A DNA stretch of 64,000 nt from Phoronis australis (taxonomy: Eukaryota; Animalia; Phoronida), in the NCBI GenBank assembly GCA_002633005.1, contig NMRA01000534.1:234251-298250 (forward strand), given 5' to 3'. This document shows positions 1 through 13,238 of this stretch, piece after piece (position 1 is the stretch's first letter; every line of letters begins with the position of its first letter). Under the pieces are notes generated by a model that saw nothing but the letters and a program-made list of their open reading frames with translations, was not told where the DNA came from and ran no database searches. Both the position numbers and the translations under genes were made by a program.

Positions 1-616
1 AGATGCAACTATACCGAAAACAACCCCCGGGTACTAAATCATGTTGTTTGGGTTCCATACGCATGCGAAATTGCCCGCATGTCTTTCGAATACGTATAAG
101 TGAGTACGTACTTGCACTTCTAAAAGAATATGAAGTAGGTCTATTAATGAATTATCAACCACGATGCATTCATCAAATCCGTGTCAACTAAGATCGCATC
201 ATCTCACAGTTCGACTGGAAAGGTTAGGGCCGCTGCACCTCATTCTCACCCACCGGAACTACTCCCACGGCCGGGTCGAAACTAAATGTAGTCACTGCCA
301 GTCTTCACGAAAGTCTCATCCAGTATTCTTAAATTTAAAACCGCAGTTGGTCGCCGCAGCCCGGACCCTTGCCTCAGACGTTGTCTCTAATTGAGAATGA
401 GTCTTTAGTAAGCTTCAAGAATCACGATTGGCAGAGATTGCAAGTGAGTTCGATGGTAAACAGTGTAATTCATGTTTTAGGAACTATTCAACTCTTGCAC
501 ACTCTTTAAATGGTTACTAAATGGACACAAATATGATACGTTATTCATGTCAGTTCCGACTCATTAGTAGACAATCGGAGTAATGAACTGTTCTGGTTTC
601 GGAATTGTGGACATTC

Positions 617-700
617 GAAGTAGTGAACTTTTGAAGTTGGCGAACCTTCGGAGTAGTGAACCTTGGGAATAGTGAACCTTCGGAGTAGTGAACCTTCGGA
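617..700 (+). repeat. 16-bp tandem repeat (GGAGTAGTGAACCTTC)n, subterminal array of a repeat family
   Basis: About 5 units here. Same unit recurs at 2271-2340 and inverted at ~1767-1797 and ~1877-1897. Confidence 0.8.
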
Positions 701-798
701 TGGTTTCCGGCGCACCCGAAGACCTGGGGTTGTTTGCAAACTAGTACTTCGTTCGCATATTTACAATTTAATGACACATAGCATCATTAACTTGCTTA

Positions 799-973
799 AT
801 AGTACTAGTAGCTGCAGCAATTTTGTTGGTGTTGTTGTCCATCTATACCCTATCTTATCCTATCGGATAGGTTAGGGCTGAACCTTTTCCGCGGAGAAGG
901 TCCAGCCCCAGCACATCCGTTAAAGATATGATATAGACAGACAACAACAAGATTGTTGCAGCAACTAGTACTA
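799..973. repeat. Imperfect inverted repeat (~55-bp arms), small foldback/MITE
   Basis: TAGTACTAGTAGCTGCAGCAATTTTGTTG...TATCTT (799-856) matches the reverse complement of 921-973. Confidence 0.65.
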
Positions 974-1797
974 CTAACTACAGTGATAACTAGGTTAGTG
1001 ATAATTTTGAGTTCGCTTCCTGATTCAAAACGCTTCACGTACGTGGCACCGGGCCGTACCCGGCCAACTTCGCCCGAGTTGTGTTTGCGTAGATGACAGA
1101 ATCGTGCAGACAATAAGAGAAGACTTTATGTTCTTCATCAGTATTGAACGCGGGTGGTGGCTACAACAAAGGGTAACAAGGGGGTATAGAAGTGAATTTT
1201 TATACCTAGGCAAAGAACTCTAGTCCTATGACCTAGGTAAACTATTTAGCAACGAGAGAGCTCCCAAAAAGTAGTGCGGTGTGAATGCCTTAAAATCGGC
1301 TAAGAAACAAAATAGCCGAAAATTTATATTTTTTTATTCTGGTATTTCAGTATAATTGCTAGCATAGTACGGTAAAATGCAGGCATTTTCAATTTTCGAA
1401 TTGAAAGTGATCGTCAAATACGTAAATATGTAGTTCATCCACTGTCCACTTTTATTGTGATGGATTAACCTGCATGAAAGTACACGTGTATGCGTTACCG
1501 TCCTTTTAAATTCAGTACACCCTGACAGTAAGTTTACTATAGGCAGGCGTCCTAAAAAACAGACATTTAACTACCGTTTTCTTGGACTTCAAAAAACCCT
1601 GACGAGCATGTTCACTTTATTTGGGAAAAGTAGGCCTAGACCTCAAATTTGGTCAATGAAGAAAGTCTTCTCTTGTCAATCAGTGTCAATGGTGCACAGC
1701 CCTGCAGACTTCATACGAGCAACAAACTTGATGCAAAGGATTTCCAAGGTTACATGTCACTATGCCGAAGGTCACTCCGGAAGGTCCGCTACTCCGA

Positions 1798-1867
1798 CAT
1801 GGCGGTGCGCCACGGGGCTGGAAGAGGGGCTATAGCCCCCACTTTTTTCAGTGCTGCGCAGCCCATG
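1798..1867. mobile_element. Very short CATGG...CCATG MITE (family of 6214-6289 and 51118-51255)
   Basis: Same termini and GGGGCTATAGCCCC core as the related copies. Interrupts the inverted 16-bp array. Confidence 0.6.
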
Positions 1868-2741
1868 TTTGAAGGTAGGTTCACTACTCCGAAGGTTGAA
1901 GACTGGCAGGGACAGGGTGGGCTACTGACTACATATTGTTTCGACCCTGCCGAGCGCGTAGTCCCTTGGGTGAGGTTGAGGAGCAACGGCCCTTAATTTT
2001 TCAGTCGTGTTGAGATGCAATCATGGCATAGATTTGAGGAATGTATGGTGGTTGATAATTCATCAATATTCCTACTTCATATTCTTTTAAAAATGCAAGT
2101 ATGTAGTCATTTTTTCAGTTTTCTTAAGATATGCGGACAATTTCGCATGCGCATGAAAGCCAATCAAAGTGTTTTTACACCCGGGTGTGCATCTAATAAC
2201 CGAAGTATCGTTTATTTTTGCATGTAAAAGTACAAAAATTACACCTGAGTCCGAAATTCTAGAAAGTTATGGAGCAGTGAACCTTCACAGTAGTGAACCG
2301 TCGAAGTAGCGAACCTTCGGAGTAGTGAACCTTCAAAATAGTGGGGTGTTCCTGTTTCCAGCGATGTAAGCAACTTAAGTAACACGCAAACATACATCCA
2401 GATAAACCATAGAGAATCCTACATGAGTCTCAGGTCTATGGCATGGGTAAAACCTCTTGGAAATTTTGTCAAAATCCCGAGGCTTGCCGAGGGATTTTGA
2501 CAAAATTCCCAAGAGGTTCTGCACACGCCATGAACCTGAAACGGCGTGTCACCTTCACGGAATTCCGGCGCTGTTTGGTTGGCACGCGTTTGGTTTTGGT
2601 ATTAGTGGTTTCCAGACTATAAAATGTAAGGCGTATGCATTTCTCCTTTGCACCACAGGCGGATTTAGGGGGAAACAGCCCCCCCCCCTTGGCTGCCGCA
2701 AAAAAGTAAAACAGCAAGAGCGTAGGGAAATGTTGAGATTA

Positions 2742-3184
2742 NNNNNNNNNNNNNNNNNNNNNNNNNNNNNNNNNNNNNNNNNNNNNNNNNNNNNNNNNNN
2801 NNNNNNNNNNNNNNNNNNNNNNNNNNNNNNNNNNNNNNNNNNNNNNNNNNNNNNNNNNNNNNNNNNNNNNNNNNNNNNNNNNNNNNNNNNNNNNNNNNNN
2901 NNNNNNNNNNNNNNNNNNNNNNNNNNNNNNNNNNNNNNNNNNNNNNNNNNNNNNNNNNNNNNNNNNNNNNNNNNNNNNNNNNNNNNNNNNNNNNNNNNNN
3001 NNNNNNNNNNNNNNNNNNNNNNNNNNNNNNNNNNNNNNNNNNNNNNNNNNNNNNNNNNNNNNNNNNNNNNNNNNNNNNNNNNNNNNNNNNNNNNNNNNNN
3101 NNNNNNNNNNNNNNNNNNNNNNNNNNNNNNNNNNNNNNNNNNNNNNNNNNNNNNNNNNNNNNNNNNNNNNNNNNNNNNNNNNNN
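2742..3184. other. Assembly gap (N run)
   Basis: Run of N. Confidence 1.
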
Positions 3185-3671
3185 CAGATCCAACTTCAAG
3201 TGTCAAGTTCGGAACACGGCTCAATCGTAACGGAACTATGGCTATGTATAGGCTCTCCCGCGATATCCCAGGCGACCGGCAGTGGCGCTGCGCACGACGA
3301 CTCCGTTTCCGTCGTCTGCTTCACTGTGCAATGAAGAAAATTACTTCATTTTTTCAAGAAAATGGAATCTGAGAGACAATGGAAAAACAGAAGCTGCTGG
3401 TAAGATGTGAATTTTAATCGAAGCCTTAGCGAATCACTCAGAAACTCACAATTCTCTCTCTTTGTCTTGAGACGATTTCCAAAGCAATCGCGTCATTAAT
3501 GCCAACACAAAATAACGGATTTGGTCTTTTGGGCAATACAACAAATTTGTTAAGAACTGATTGCACAAAATATGAAAAGTGTAATAAACATTACAAAACG
3601 AAGTAGGTTTCGCGCGCAAACGCTGTGGACCATAAACAAGTAGGTCTTTTAGTATCAAATTAGGAGTGAAA

Positions 3672-3745
3672 TTCGTGGTGATGTAGTGGTAAAGCACGCG
3701 AGCTCTAAACGCCAGCTCGTGAGTTCGAGTCTGTAATAATTGCAG
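3672..3745 (+). other. Degenerate tRNA-like (Pol III A-box/B-box) segment inside a DNA transposon
   Basis: TGATGTAGTGGTAAAGCAC ... GAGTTCGAGTC with tRNA-like spacing. No acceptor stem. Second copy at ~58245-58314 (-). Confidence 0.5.
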
Positions 3746-4060
3746 TTTTTCAAGTTTGACACGTTCTCCTTGTATTTTATTTCTTTGGCTTATTTTCTTG
3801 GATAATACTTCAGGAATCTAGGAAAATACTTGATTTTTAGAGGAAAAACAGAAAATTTTTCCTGGGCTGGAGGGAGCAAACCCACCTCCCGACCTCCCCC
3901 CATTCGGTGCTATGCGCATCTACAATCGTGCTTTGCGCAAATGTTTACAGACAAAATGTTGGCCCCCCTTGTGATATTCTAGATTCGCCACTGTGCACTA
4001 CTTTGTGATCCGCCTATGTAATATCAAAAAATTACTTACAGTCATATAGATTATTACAAA

Positions 4061-4500
4061 ATATAGATTGTTACATGGCGAAGTCTTTATCGCCGTAATC
4101 TAGAGCCCCTCGAGCAACAATTCTACAAAATCCATGAGGGCTCTAGATAAAAAGGATAACGACTGTGAACATGTAATAATCTATTTATACCACATACTGA
4201 ACGAGAAATATTTTAATGAATCGATCTACCTTTCTCGACTATCCTCGGCTTTGTAACTACTTTCTATGTCAGAGGCCCGCGGTTGGAGGTCGAGACTTTT
4301 TAAGAAAAGCCGAGCTATTTTTGTCAAATAATGCTTTTATTCAAAACCAATTGAAAATTTAAACAAAATAGAAAGAAAATGAACCTATAAATTAAGGTTT
4401 AGCAACTATTATAGCTTACTACACATTTTATCACGCTAAGCTTTAGTCGGCCGGGAAATACTGGATCGTCTGCTAAAGTAGGTTACCACTGGTATCTGAG
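4061..4500 (+). mobile_element. Interspersed repeat with terminal internal inverted repeat (Crypton-like non-autonomous element, tentative)
   Basis: ATAGATTGTTACATGG...CATGTAATAATCTAT hairpin end. An inverted homologous copy lies at ~34195-34635. Confidence 0.6.
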
Positions 4501-6213
4501 TATAATGCTCAAGTCAAAGGATCCCGACGACACGATACCCGCATTCAAATTGGAGATCGATGACTTACAAGTGACAGAAAATGAGAGATGAATTAATTTC
4601 ACTGAATTAAAATATCGTTTTTATGGAAATTATGCGTCTTATTTTTCGAATAAATTCGAGTGCAATGCACTTTGGTGAACATGCGACTGTTGCACGTGCT
4701 CATTTAAGTATCCTATTTTCACGTTCGATGGCGTCAGCCGCTGAGTGGTGCAGTGGAAAAGTCCAGGTCATGTGAGAAATTTCGTCAAGTCATTCTCCGA
4801 CTCAACTTCATTATTTCCGTCCGAGTATGTGATGAGATGAAGTCACTCATTTAAGAATGCCTGATTTGAAATTTTGACAGGAGGTAATGTTCTCAACCAC
4901 ATTATAACCGAATTTGAGTCCCGTTCTTTGTGAGCAATTAAACACTCACAGCATCCTCATTTCTGGAATTACAAATTCTGTCTCATCTCAGGAACATAGA
5001 GCTGAGAGACATAGTTGTGTANCCCCCCCCCCTCCGCTCAATGCTGGCTAGTGGCCTGCTGTCTACACGCAATGGAGTATGGTGTATTAACGTTGTTATG
5101 GGCTTTTCGTAACAACTTCTTCCTATCTTCCGACGTAATGATGCATGTCGACCTTTCCATGTTCACTATCGCTTGTGAACCTGAATAACGGGATTTCACA
5201 CTTCGTAGCGTGCTGCTCGCTATTGAGCAATTAATCAAGCCACCGGACATTTTCATAGTACCATAAATATTACATATATACCATTATTATAATCTCCTAA
5301 ATAAGAAATCACCGTCAATGTTTTCTGTTTAAAAACTGTTTTCGGTCATCAATTCAGTGATAATAAAATACTAGTATGGTTTAATACCTACTTACTTTTC
5401 ACTAACCCTGTATCTATACTGTCCATTCGGCGGCAACATTATCAATATTCTACGAAATAAATTAAGGCTACTCGGCTAGACAATTAATTAGATAAACTAA
5501 TGATAATCTAACATGATGATTTCGAAGTATGTAGGCAGATTTTGGCGCAACTTGCGGACGTGCCGCATCATTGCTAGCCAAAAGCGACTAAGCCACGAGA
5601 TGACTACATAGAATTGGTAACTGATCATGATGATAAAACACGGCTGAACTTTCTCAATGGTTATGCATTTAAAATGATAGTATTACAAATGAGATTATAG
5701 ATTTTTAAGGACAATTTTTTGACACGGCACATTTTATATCAGGAAATACGAACAGGGTTCTAATTTAAGAAACGCTTCTTTACTGAGTGACGAGGTTTTT
5801 AGTTTTTGTTCTAATCTGGTGAAAAAAGATGCTGTGTGTGTGTGTGTGTGTTATTATGCATGGGTGACTGGATTTTTTATTTTTTTGATCTGTTCGTGGG
5901 AGAGGAACCACAATTCGTGAACAGTCTCAGGTCCCGAGGTCCATCCGGTGTTCGCTACATCGGTATCGTGACATAACGTTGATATATCATGTCTGCGTGA
6001 AGGTAAAATTATTGAGTGTACAGAATTTGGGCCGAGTCAAAACAATTGACATTTTAATCATACCACACCATAATGCAGGTCATAAACAGGTAAAATTTAT
6101 TAAAGAGGGGACAGACACCTCCTGTCTCCGATCCTTGCCCAATGATTTTCTTTGAATTAGTGATTAGAAAGAAATTCCAGCTGATGCAATGGTTAGATCT
6201 GAAATTGTCAATT

Positions 6214-6289
6214 CATGTGCGGCGCACTATAGGGAGCTGGGGGAGGGGGGCTGTAGCCCCACACTTATTTCAGTGCTGCGCCGCCCATG
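6214..6289. mobile_element. Short MITE with 5-bp TSD
   Basis: CATGTGCGGCGCA...TGCGCCGCCCATG, flanked by CAATT/TAATT. Confidence 0.7.
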
Positions 6290-6765
6290 TAATTAAATAC
6301 CAAATAAAGTCTATATGTCGAAACTTCAGGTGCAAATTTTGATAACCAATAACTTCTGGGAAAACTAAGTATGATGTTGAAATTACAGAACCCGAAATTA
6401 ATTTGAGTGTAAGTTGTCTTGCGCAGTTACAGTATATTTTGATATTGAGGAATAAATCTATCAGTCGAGCGATCGGCTTCTATATTGTATGTTGAAGGCT
6501 GGCAGACCGTGGTGGATGGTTAGCCGAAGGTGTTGAGAACCTCGAGAGAGTGGAGCAAATGGGCTTCTTTTATTGCTAAAATCCTGATCCACAGCAATGA
6601 CCAAAATACTGTCAAACTTGAAAGCCACAGTGCAGTAACCTAAGAACCATGATTTTAGACAATATTGCAAACGTTTCAACAAAGACGGACTCTGAAAACT
6701 AGCTCAGGTGTATCTTGTTTACACGATTAGTGACAAACCCAGAACGAACTTTTATACCGTCGAAT

Positions 6766-7667
6766 ACTCTATCGATGGAGTTAATAAGTCTATCGATTGA
6801 GTTAGTAAGTCTATCGATAGAGATAGTAAGTCTATCGATATAGTTAGTAAGTCTATCGATATAGTTAGTAAGTCTATCGATATAGTTAGTAAGTCTATCG
6901 ATAGTGTTAGTAAGTCTATCGATATAGTTAGTAAGTCTATCGATAGAGTTAGTAAGTCTATCGACAGAGTTAGTAAGTCTATCGATATAGTTAGTAAGTC
7001 TATCGATTGAGTTAGTAAGTCTTTCGATAGAGATAGTAAGTCTATCGATAGAGTTAGTAAGTCTAGCGATAGAGTTAGTAAGTCTATCGATATAGTTAGT
7101 AAGTCTATCGATAGAGTTAGTAAGTCTATCGACAGAGTTAGTAAGTCTATCGATATAGTTAGTAAGTCTATCGATTGAGTTAGTAAGTCTTTCGATAGAG
7201 ATAGTAAGTCTATCGATAGAGTTAGTAAGTCTAGCGATAGAGTTAGTAAGTCTATCGATATAGTTAGTAAGTCTATCGATAGAGTTAGTAAGTCTATCGA
7301 CAGAGTTAGTAAGTCTATCGATATAGTTAGTAAGTCTATCGATTGAGTTAGTAAGTCTTTCGATAGAGATAGTAAGTCTATCGATAGAGTTAGTAAGTCT
7401 AGCGATAGAGTTAGTAAGTCTATCGATATAGTTAGTAAGTCTATCGATAGAGTTAGTAAGTCTATCGACAGAGTTAGTAAGTCTATCGATATAGTTAGTA
7501 AGTCTATCGATTGAGTTAGTAAGTCTTTCGATAGAGATAGTAAGTCTATCGATAGAGTTAGTAAGTCTATCGACAGAGTTAGTAAGTCTATCGATATTGT
7601 TAGTAAGTCTATTGATTGAGTTAGTAAGTCTTTCGATAGAGATAGTAAGTCTATCGATAGAGTTAAC
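6766..7667. repeat. 21-bp minisatellite (GTTAGTAAGTCTATCGATAGA)n with 168-bp higher-order repeat
   Basis: About 43 units. Variant units recur every 8 monomers. Confidence 0.95.
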
Positions 7668-9768
7668 AACGGAGAAAAAAAGTTGTCCTGTCGTCCTTTT
7701 ACAGCCATCGTAAAAATCAGTAGACTGCATGCAATCTCTACTGTAGCAATTTGTTTTGATAACTTGGTTACCTCGTATGATTTGAGGAGGCTGTTGTTGG
7801 TGCGCTCAAATATGGCAGCCCAGCAAAGGATTGCAATACACGGTTGGTTTCCAGTATGTTTCAATTTTCATGGCGTCATTAATTTTTGAGCTGACGTTAA
7901 TGTTATGCGGCAACAGTTTACACTAAAACGCGATCAGTAGCCGTCGAAATAATTGTTAACATTAAACTGTGCAATGATGAAATATGTCTACTCTGATTGA
8001 TTGGTCACATTCACTAGCAGATGTCTTGTTAAAATATACAGCACCAATGGAGAACAAATAGTCGGCGATTTTCACATATTGATTGAAACTAGATTTACAT
8101 TAATATTTACAGTTCAAACGTTTTATTTGGACTAAAAAACATCAATACATGCTCAGTTTCAAATTACGTGATCAATGCGGACAACATGTACATAAAACTC
8201 GTGAAACGATCAGAAAGCGTTGGATGTCGAAGTGCTTGTGACAGTAGGTCATGTAAGCCGCACTTGGAGGAAACTGGGGTTGTGCCCCCACAATGATTTG
8301 CTATCGTCAAAGGCAAAACGTTTACAGCGACTAGGCGCTGGCGAAAGTGGTGGCGATCGGGGAGGCGTGCGAAAAGGGTTGTGATCGGGAGGCAAGAATC
8401 GGTCCAAACGGAAGTTGCATGCGCACCGTGCCTTGTAATTTCCACCTTCTTACTGGACTGACATATCCCACATGTTACAGAACGTTACGTATTCTTCGTC
8501 TCAAACCTTAGTATGTAGTTAACGAAGAGTCCCAAATCCCTTGTTTTGGTTACTTTTACATTGTTGCAATGGTGAAATCTCAATCTCTTCATTGTCTGAT
8601 CCCTCCTTGACTAAATCCTGGAAGCTACAATTTGTCTGGGCCTGACTCCCACAGAAATTTTGTCCTTGCCATTTGCGGCACTCTGTTTCGCGCTATGACG
8701 ACCAGATAGGTCCAATTTGACTAAGGATATTTAAAGTTTAAAGAAACTATTCCTGAATTTTTCAGAAAAAAACATAAAAGGAATTTGACTGTAAAGCAAA
8801 CTAGATTAAGCTTATTGTCAAATGATGCTCTTTCGTCACGTACAAATCAAATGTATTGAAAATTACCAGAATTAAGTGTGATATTTTGAAAATAATTTTG
8901 AATACCTGGCTGATCTCCAACACAATGGCCGCCACTGTCGAACGACATTGAACTTCACTTTTTACGGATTGCCAGTAAAATGTCAAATGCACATATGACT
9001 ATTCGGTAAATGCTTTTATTTTAGTAATATTTCTCGATTGACACACTTTTTGTGTTCCAAACTTGTGAAAATTCAGAAAACATTACCTTGAAAGAGACAC
9101 AGCGCACACTTTCAGAGACCCGAGTATGAGAACTTAAATTCACCAGCTTCAAACTACAAGTTTCAGTTTTTTAACACAGTAACGCTACAGCCTATGAGCT
9201 CCTCCCCTGATAAGAAGTGTTAATTGGTCTCATTTCAGAATATGGATTATTTCTTCAGAAAAAAACACAGTCAAAGCAATTAAACCAAAATTCTCCGTTA
9301 AAAAGACACTCAATCCTATGTTGTGGCGATCTCTGCCCGTCCTCGTTCTGTCTACTGCTAATGTACCATTGGTTTTCCAATGATCAAAGCAGTATTCTCT
9401 GTCAAATGATGGGTCTAGTGGGTTTTGGTGTCTGGTCTTTTCCTACACTTGTCGTGTAACTCGCCTGAAGCGTTAGTCACGGTCGAAGAAGTAGCAGTCT
9501 GTTGTAAGGATTTTCCAACCTTCCGGTAATTTTTTGAAGGCTGGCTACGGATACAGGGCATTGTCTTATGTTAGCGAGCAAGATGGATAAAAACATGTTT
9601 ATAGACCAAAACCCTGATTTAGCATCCTTTTACAAACACAGTTGTGTCCCAAAATAATCGTCACATTAGCTGTGTGCCCAGGATATCCACGCGCAGTGCT
9701 AAATATCAATCAATACAAAGTCACAGAGTATTTATAAGCGTGTTACAATACAAAGTCACTAGGTATTT

Positions 9769-10465
9769 CAAGGTACCTAAACTACACGGTCAACGGACTC
9801 AAAAACACGGGAACGGACGCATGAACACGACTCACGGACCGGCAAACACCGTCCACTGACTCACAAACACGGGAACGGACTCACAAAACACGATCCACGC
9901 ACCCAAATACACGGGACACGGACTCATATTCACGAGGAAACACGGTTAACGGACCGCCAAACACGATCCACGCCGATAAAGCATGCCATAAACACGGGAC
10001 ACGGACTCATCGCCTTCCTAGGTCAGCCTCAAGATGGCGTTAATCTGCTTAGCGATCAGCGCTCTCTTGAGGCTTGCGGACGAGGATGTTACAAACAGGT
10101 TTGGAAAGTCAATAAATTTCAGAACGAATAATTAGTTTCAATAATGTTTATTGTTTCTAAATCACAACAATTACATCACAGTACAGACAAAAATAACATC
10201 AAAAATATATTTAATCTCGCACCCATTACACAGCTGTCAACGCTGAAGTTGACATTTTGTCCGTTGACCGTGTTTGGCGGTCCGTTAACCGTGTTTCCTC
10301 GTGAATATGAGTCCGTGTCCCGTGTATTTGGGTGCGTGGATCGTGTTTTGTGAGTCCGTTCCCGTGTTTGTGAGTCAGTGGACGGTGTTTGCCGGTCCGT
10401 GAGTCGTGTTCATGCGTCCGTTCCCGTGTTTTTGAGTCCGTTGACCGTGTAGTTTAGGTACCTTG
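9769..10465. mobile_element. Young MITE with ~195-bp TIRs (CAAGGTACC...GGTACCTTG) and 5-bp TSD TATTT
   Basis: Long, apparently perfect TIRs built of AAACACG subrepeats. TSD at 9764-9768 and 10466-10470. Near-identical inverted copy at 39991-40730. Confidence 0.95.
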
Positions 10466-10953
10466 TATTTATTAGCATGTTAATCATGACGTATTGGTGT
10501 AACCTTCTGCAGGGATCGTATCTCTAGACTTTCATAGAGAGACGCCATAAAATTCAGTTTTATCGCAACTGAACATTTAGCAATCATGCGTAAGTTAAAG
10601 TCGCAATAAATCAGGCTCTGGTGCAGAAACACATTTTTCTTCAATTCGTGTTTCGTCGTCTCAATTAAGCAACGACATCGCGTCCTTATTCTTTGTTTTG
10701 ATTGAAATTGCTGGTAACAAAACACCTGTAATTCCCGTGACGGTCACAGTGAGGTTGGCGGCTGAAACTAAGCGGCCGTGACAGACAATCGTAATGAAGT
10801 AATATCGATCTTCCAGATATTCTCAAGCCTATAAAAGGTTTCTAAGACGTATTTGGGGATAAAATGAGGGCGACTTCATATCATTAAGGGACCAAACGGA
10901 CCGCGCGGGTTTATTGCACCTTTAAAGAGCTGAAATACAACGGGAGAACTTTC

Positions 10954-11138
10954 CACGATTGGCGACTAGCCTGTCCTGGTACATCGTATACACGATTGGC
11001 GACTAGCCTGTCCTGGTACATCGTATACACGATTGGCAAGTAGCCTGTCCTGGTACATCGTATACACGATTGGCGACTAGCCTGTCCTGGTACATAGTAT
11101 ACACGATTGGCGACTAGCTTGTCCTGGTACATCGTATA
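10954..11138. repeat. 37-bp tandem repeat x5
   Basis: CACGATTGGCGACTAGCCTGTCCTGGTACATCGTATA repeated head-to-tail with no spacers. Confidence 0.95.
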
Positions 11139-11155
11139 CAAAACTGAATGTTTAA

Positions 11156-11491
11156 AGCTGCATTTTGCGCTGTTTCGCTGTCTATTGCTAACCGAAGTTC
11201 TTTGAGGTTTAAAAACATTAACATGTCCGCGCGCATCCCGGCGATCTTGAATTGATACCGAATTTGCGGGGAACTCAAGTCATAGGCAATGCGCACATGC
11301 GCCGTTTTCTATGTTTGGCTGAACCCAATAAACTCTGAAGTTTTCTTGAGTCGCCGACGGTTACGATGTTCTTCTTGATAACGGAAAAATAATCATATCC
11401 GGGTAAGTAATGTAATGAGACCAATTTTGTGGGAGCAAAAATACTAATTCGATTTTCGTTTTTAACCACCTAAACAGGGCACAAAGCAGCT
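11156..11491. mobile_element. TTAA-flanked MITE, Kolobok-like
   Basis: TTAA|AGCTGCATTTTGCGC ... GCACAAAGCAGCT|TTAA. Confidence 0.65.
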
Positions 11492-12884
11492 TTAAAGAAT
11501 GGCTGGTGAGGACGAACAGGCGAGCTGATTGCGTACGCTCCGTAAAGTACGAGTATTTCCATAACATCTGTAATTTTTACAGAAGTTTTAAAACCCCTAG
11601 GCTACTGAGCGAGTTCAGCGTAGCCTGATCAGTTTTGAATTACACATCCACCAATTAATTAAAAACTGAAATAACATAATTAGATAATGTTTGCATGAAC
11701 AATATAATTATCACTTCAAGGCACTAAAACATGTACTGACTCATCAGTTCTAATGCCTCATTAAATTCTTCAAGAGGCCTAAAGGGTACAAGTTTATTCT
11801 TGCAATGACATCCAGGGGTTAGTTGTCAGGAAAATAGTAATTGAAATGTTGGACTTGCACGGAGACTAAACAACCGCCACTGTCAATAATAAAGAATCAA
11901 CTAAACGATACAAAAGTCGACTTACCGTCAATTCATGAAGCAGGCGGCCTATGTTAATGGTGCTTTTGTTTGGTTTGGCATCCAGTACATTTGTGACGAT
12001 TCCAACGGGTTTGAAAGCTTTAATGCTCTGCACAAACGGAATTTACGTGCTAAAAACGCAAGTTCGGGACGAGGCCAATAGGATATAGGGGTGTTAGGTT
12101 GCCGTGATAAATCAGCCAGCACTTGATTGTCACATTAATGTTTATGATGATGACGTCGTCTGTTGTGCATAGCCAAGAAAATATTCGTTTGAGACCATTT
12201 CATTTGGGAGGAGTCTTGCTTGCAGAGTTCTGAAGGAGACAATGTAAGGAGCTCACGAAATCGACGATTTGTGGTGGTGCCTTCACGTTATCGGTTACAT
12301 TACTTACTAAGTGATGTGTGTCATAAAAATCCAGACAGAACAACATTTTTGAGCTACAGCTGAAAACATATCTGCAAATTAATGGAAAAATTGCCAGCCA
12401 GCCTGTAAGCGGACAAAAACGGGCCTCTCATTGTTCAATGGGGGTACCAAGACGTCTAAAATAACCTGTCTGAAAAAGACAACGGTTTATCTGTTGGGTG
12501 CGATAAGTTTACCTACTTATTGCTGAGTGAATATAAAAACACACGTTACTGAAACGACATTAAACGCTTTCAGGACTGTCTTTTATTTCTTTAATCGGGC
12601 TTGGGTCAGATTTGACCCCTATTAAGTTTTTCAGCGCAACTGAAGGAATTCGTTAATTAATGAGGTCGTGGCACTCAAGTAAAGTGAAACACAACAAGTA
12701 AGCTCATTGAAGACGTTTTAGTGGGGAAATGAGGTTAAATGCCAGTACGGATCTCTAGATGGCCTCTCTCATTCCCATGAAGAGCCATGTTAAAACAGAG
12801 AAAGTGTCTGCATTTTTCTAGATTGTATAAACGGTAATTTGGTGTGGGCAAATAAACAAACTGACCCGTCATTCGTGTAAGTCT

Positions 12885-13160
12885 CATGCGCGCACACAGC
12901 TTAAAATATAGGAGGGATCGAATTTCTCGGTATGGGGACCTTTTACTGAACAAAATAAACGAGGAATAAAAAAAAAAAAAACGGGGCCACTAGGTTCAGG
13001 CCTACGAATTGTGCATCTGCGCCCGATTTCCTTTGTCCTTTGTGGACTTTTGTGTCGTTTACTCGCACTTTTGTTCACTGAGGCGGACCTTCTTGCCAAA
13101 TTGGGGGGGCTCATTAGAGCCCCCCGAGCTCCCCCAGCCCTCCCCCTGGGTGCGCCCATG
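12885..13160. mobile_element. MITE CATG(C/G)GCGCAC...GTGCGCCCATG with 5-bp TSD
   Basis: TIRs, flanked by AGTCT/AGTCA. Relatives at ~40860-41038 and 62808-63041. Confidence 0.75.
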
Positions 13161-13238
13161 AGTCAACCCGATGTCAATTTCTCTTAGATGACCAAACGAG
13201 AACCGATATTTTCACGAGTTACAGAACGTGCGCTTTAA

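Larger units (their letters stand above)
2654..3993. mobile_element. Non-autonomous DNA transposon, hAT5-like (5-bp TSD), spanning an assembly gap
   Basis: Ends CACAGGCGGATTTAG / CTAGATTCGCCACTG, flanked by TGCAC on both sides (2649-2653, 3994-3998). The right part recurs inverted at 57998-58430. Confidence 0.6.

Noticed and set aside
2457-3230. Long ORFs spanning the first gap
   Set aside because: Artefacts of N runs.
6699-7864. 343-aa and 370-aa ORFs as genes
   Set aside because: They arise from a stop-free 21-bp satellite. There is no non-repetitive coding flank or splice support.
10144-10353. Identical 69-aa ORF present twice (also 40103-40312)
   Set aside because: It is the interior and TIR of a duplicated MITE, with no coding hallmarks.
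10954-11138. 37-bp repeats resembling a CRISPR array
   Set aside because: Units are contiguous with no unique spacers, there are no cas genes, and the context is eukaryotic.
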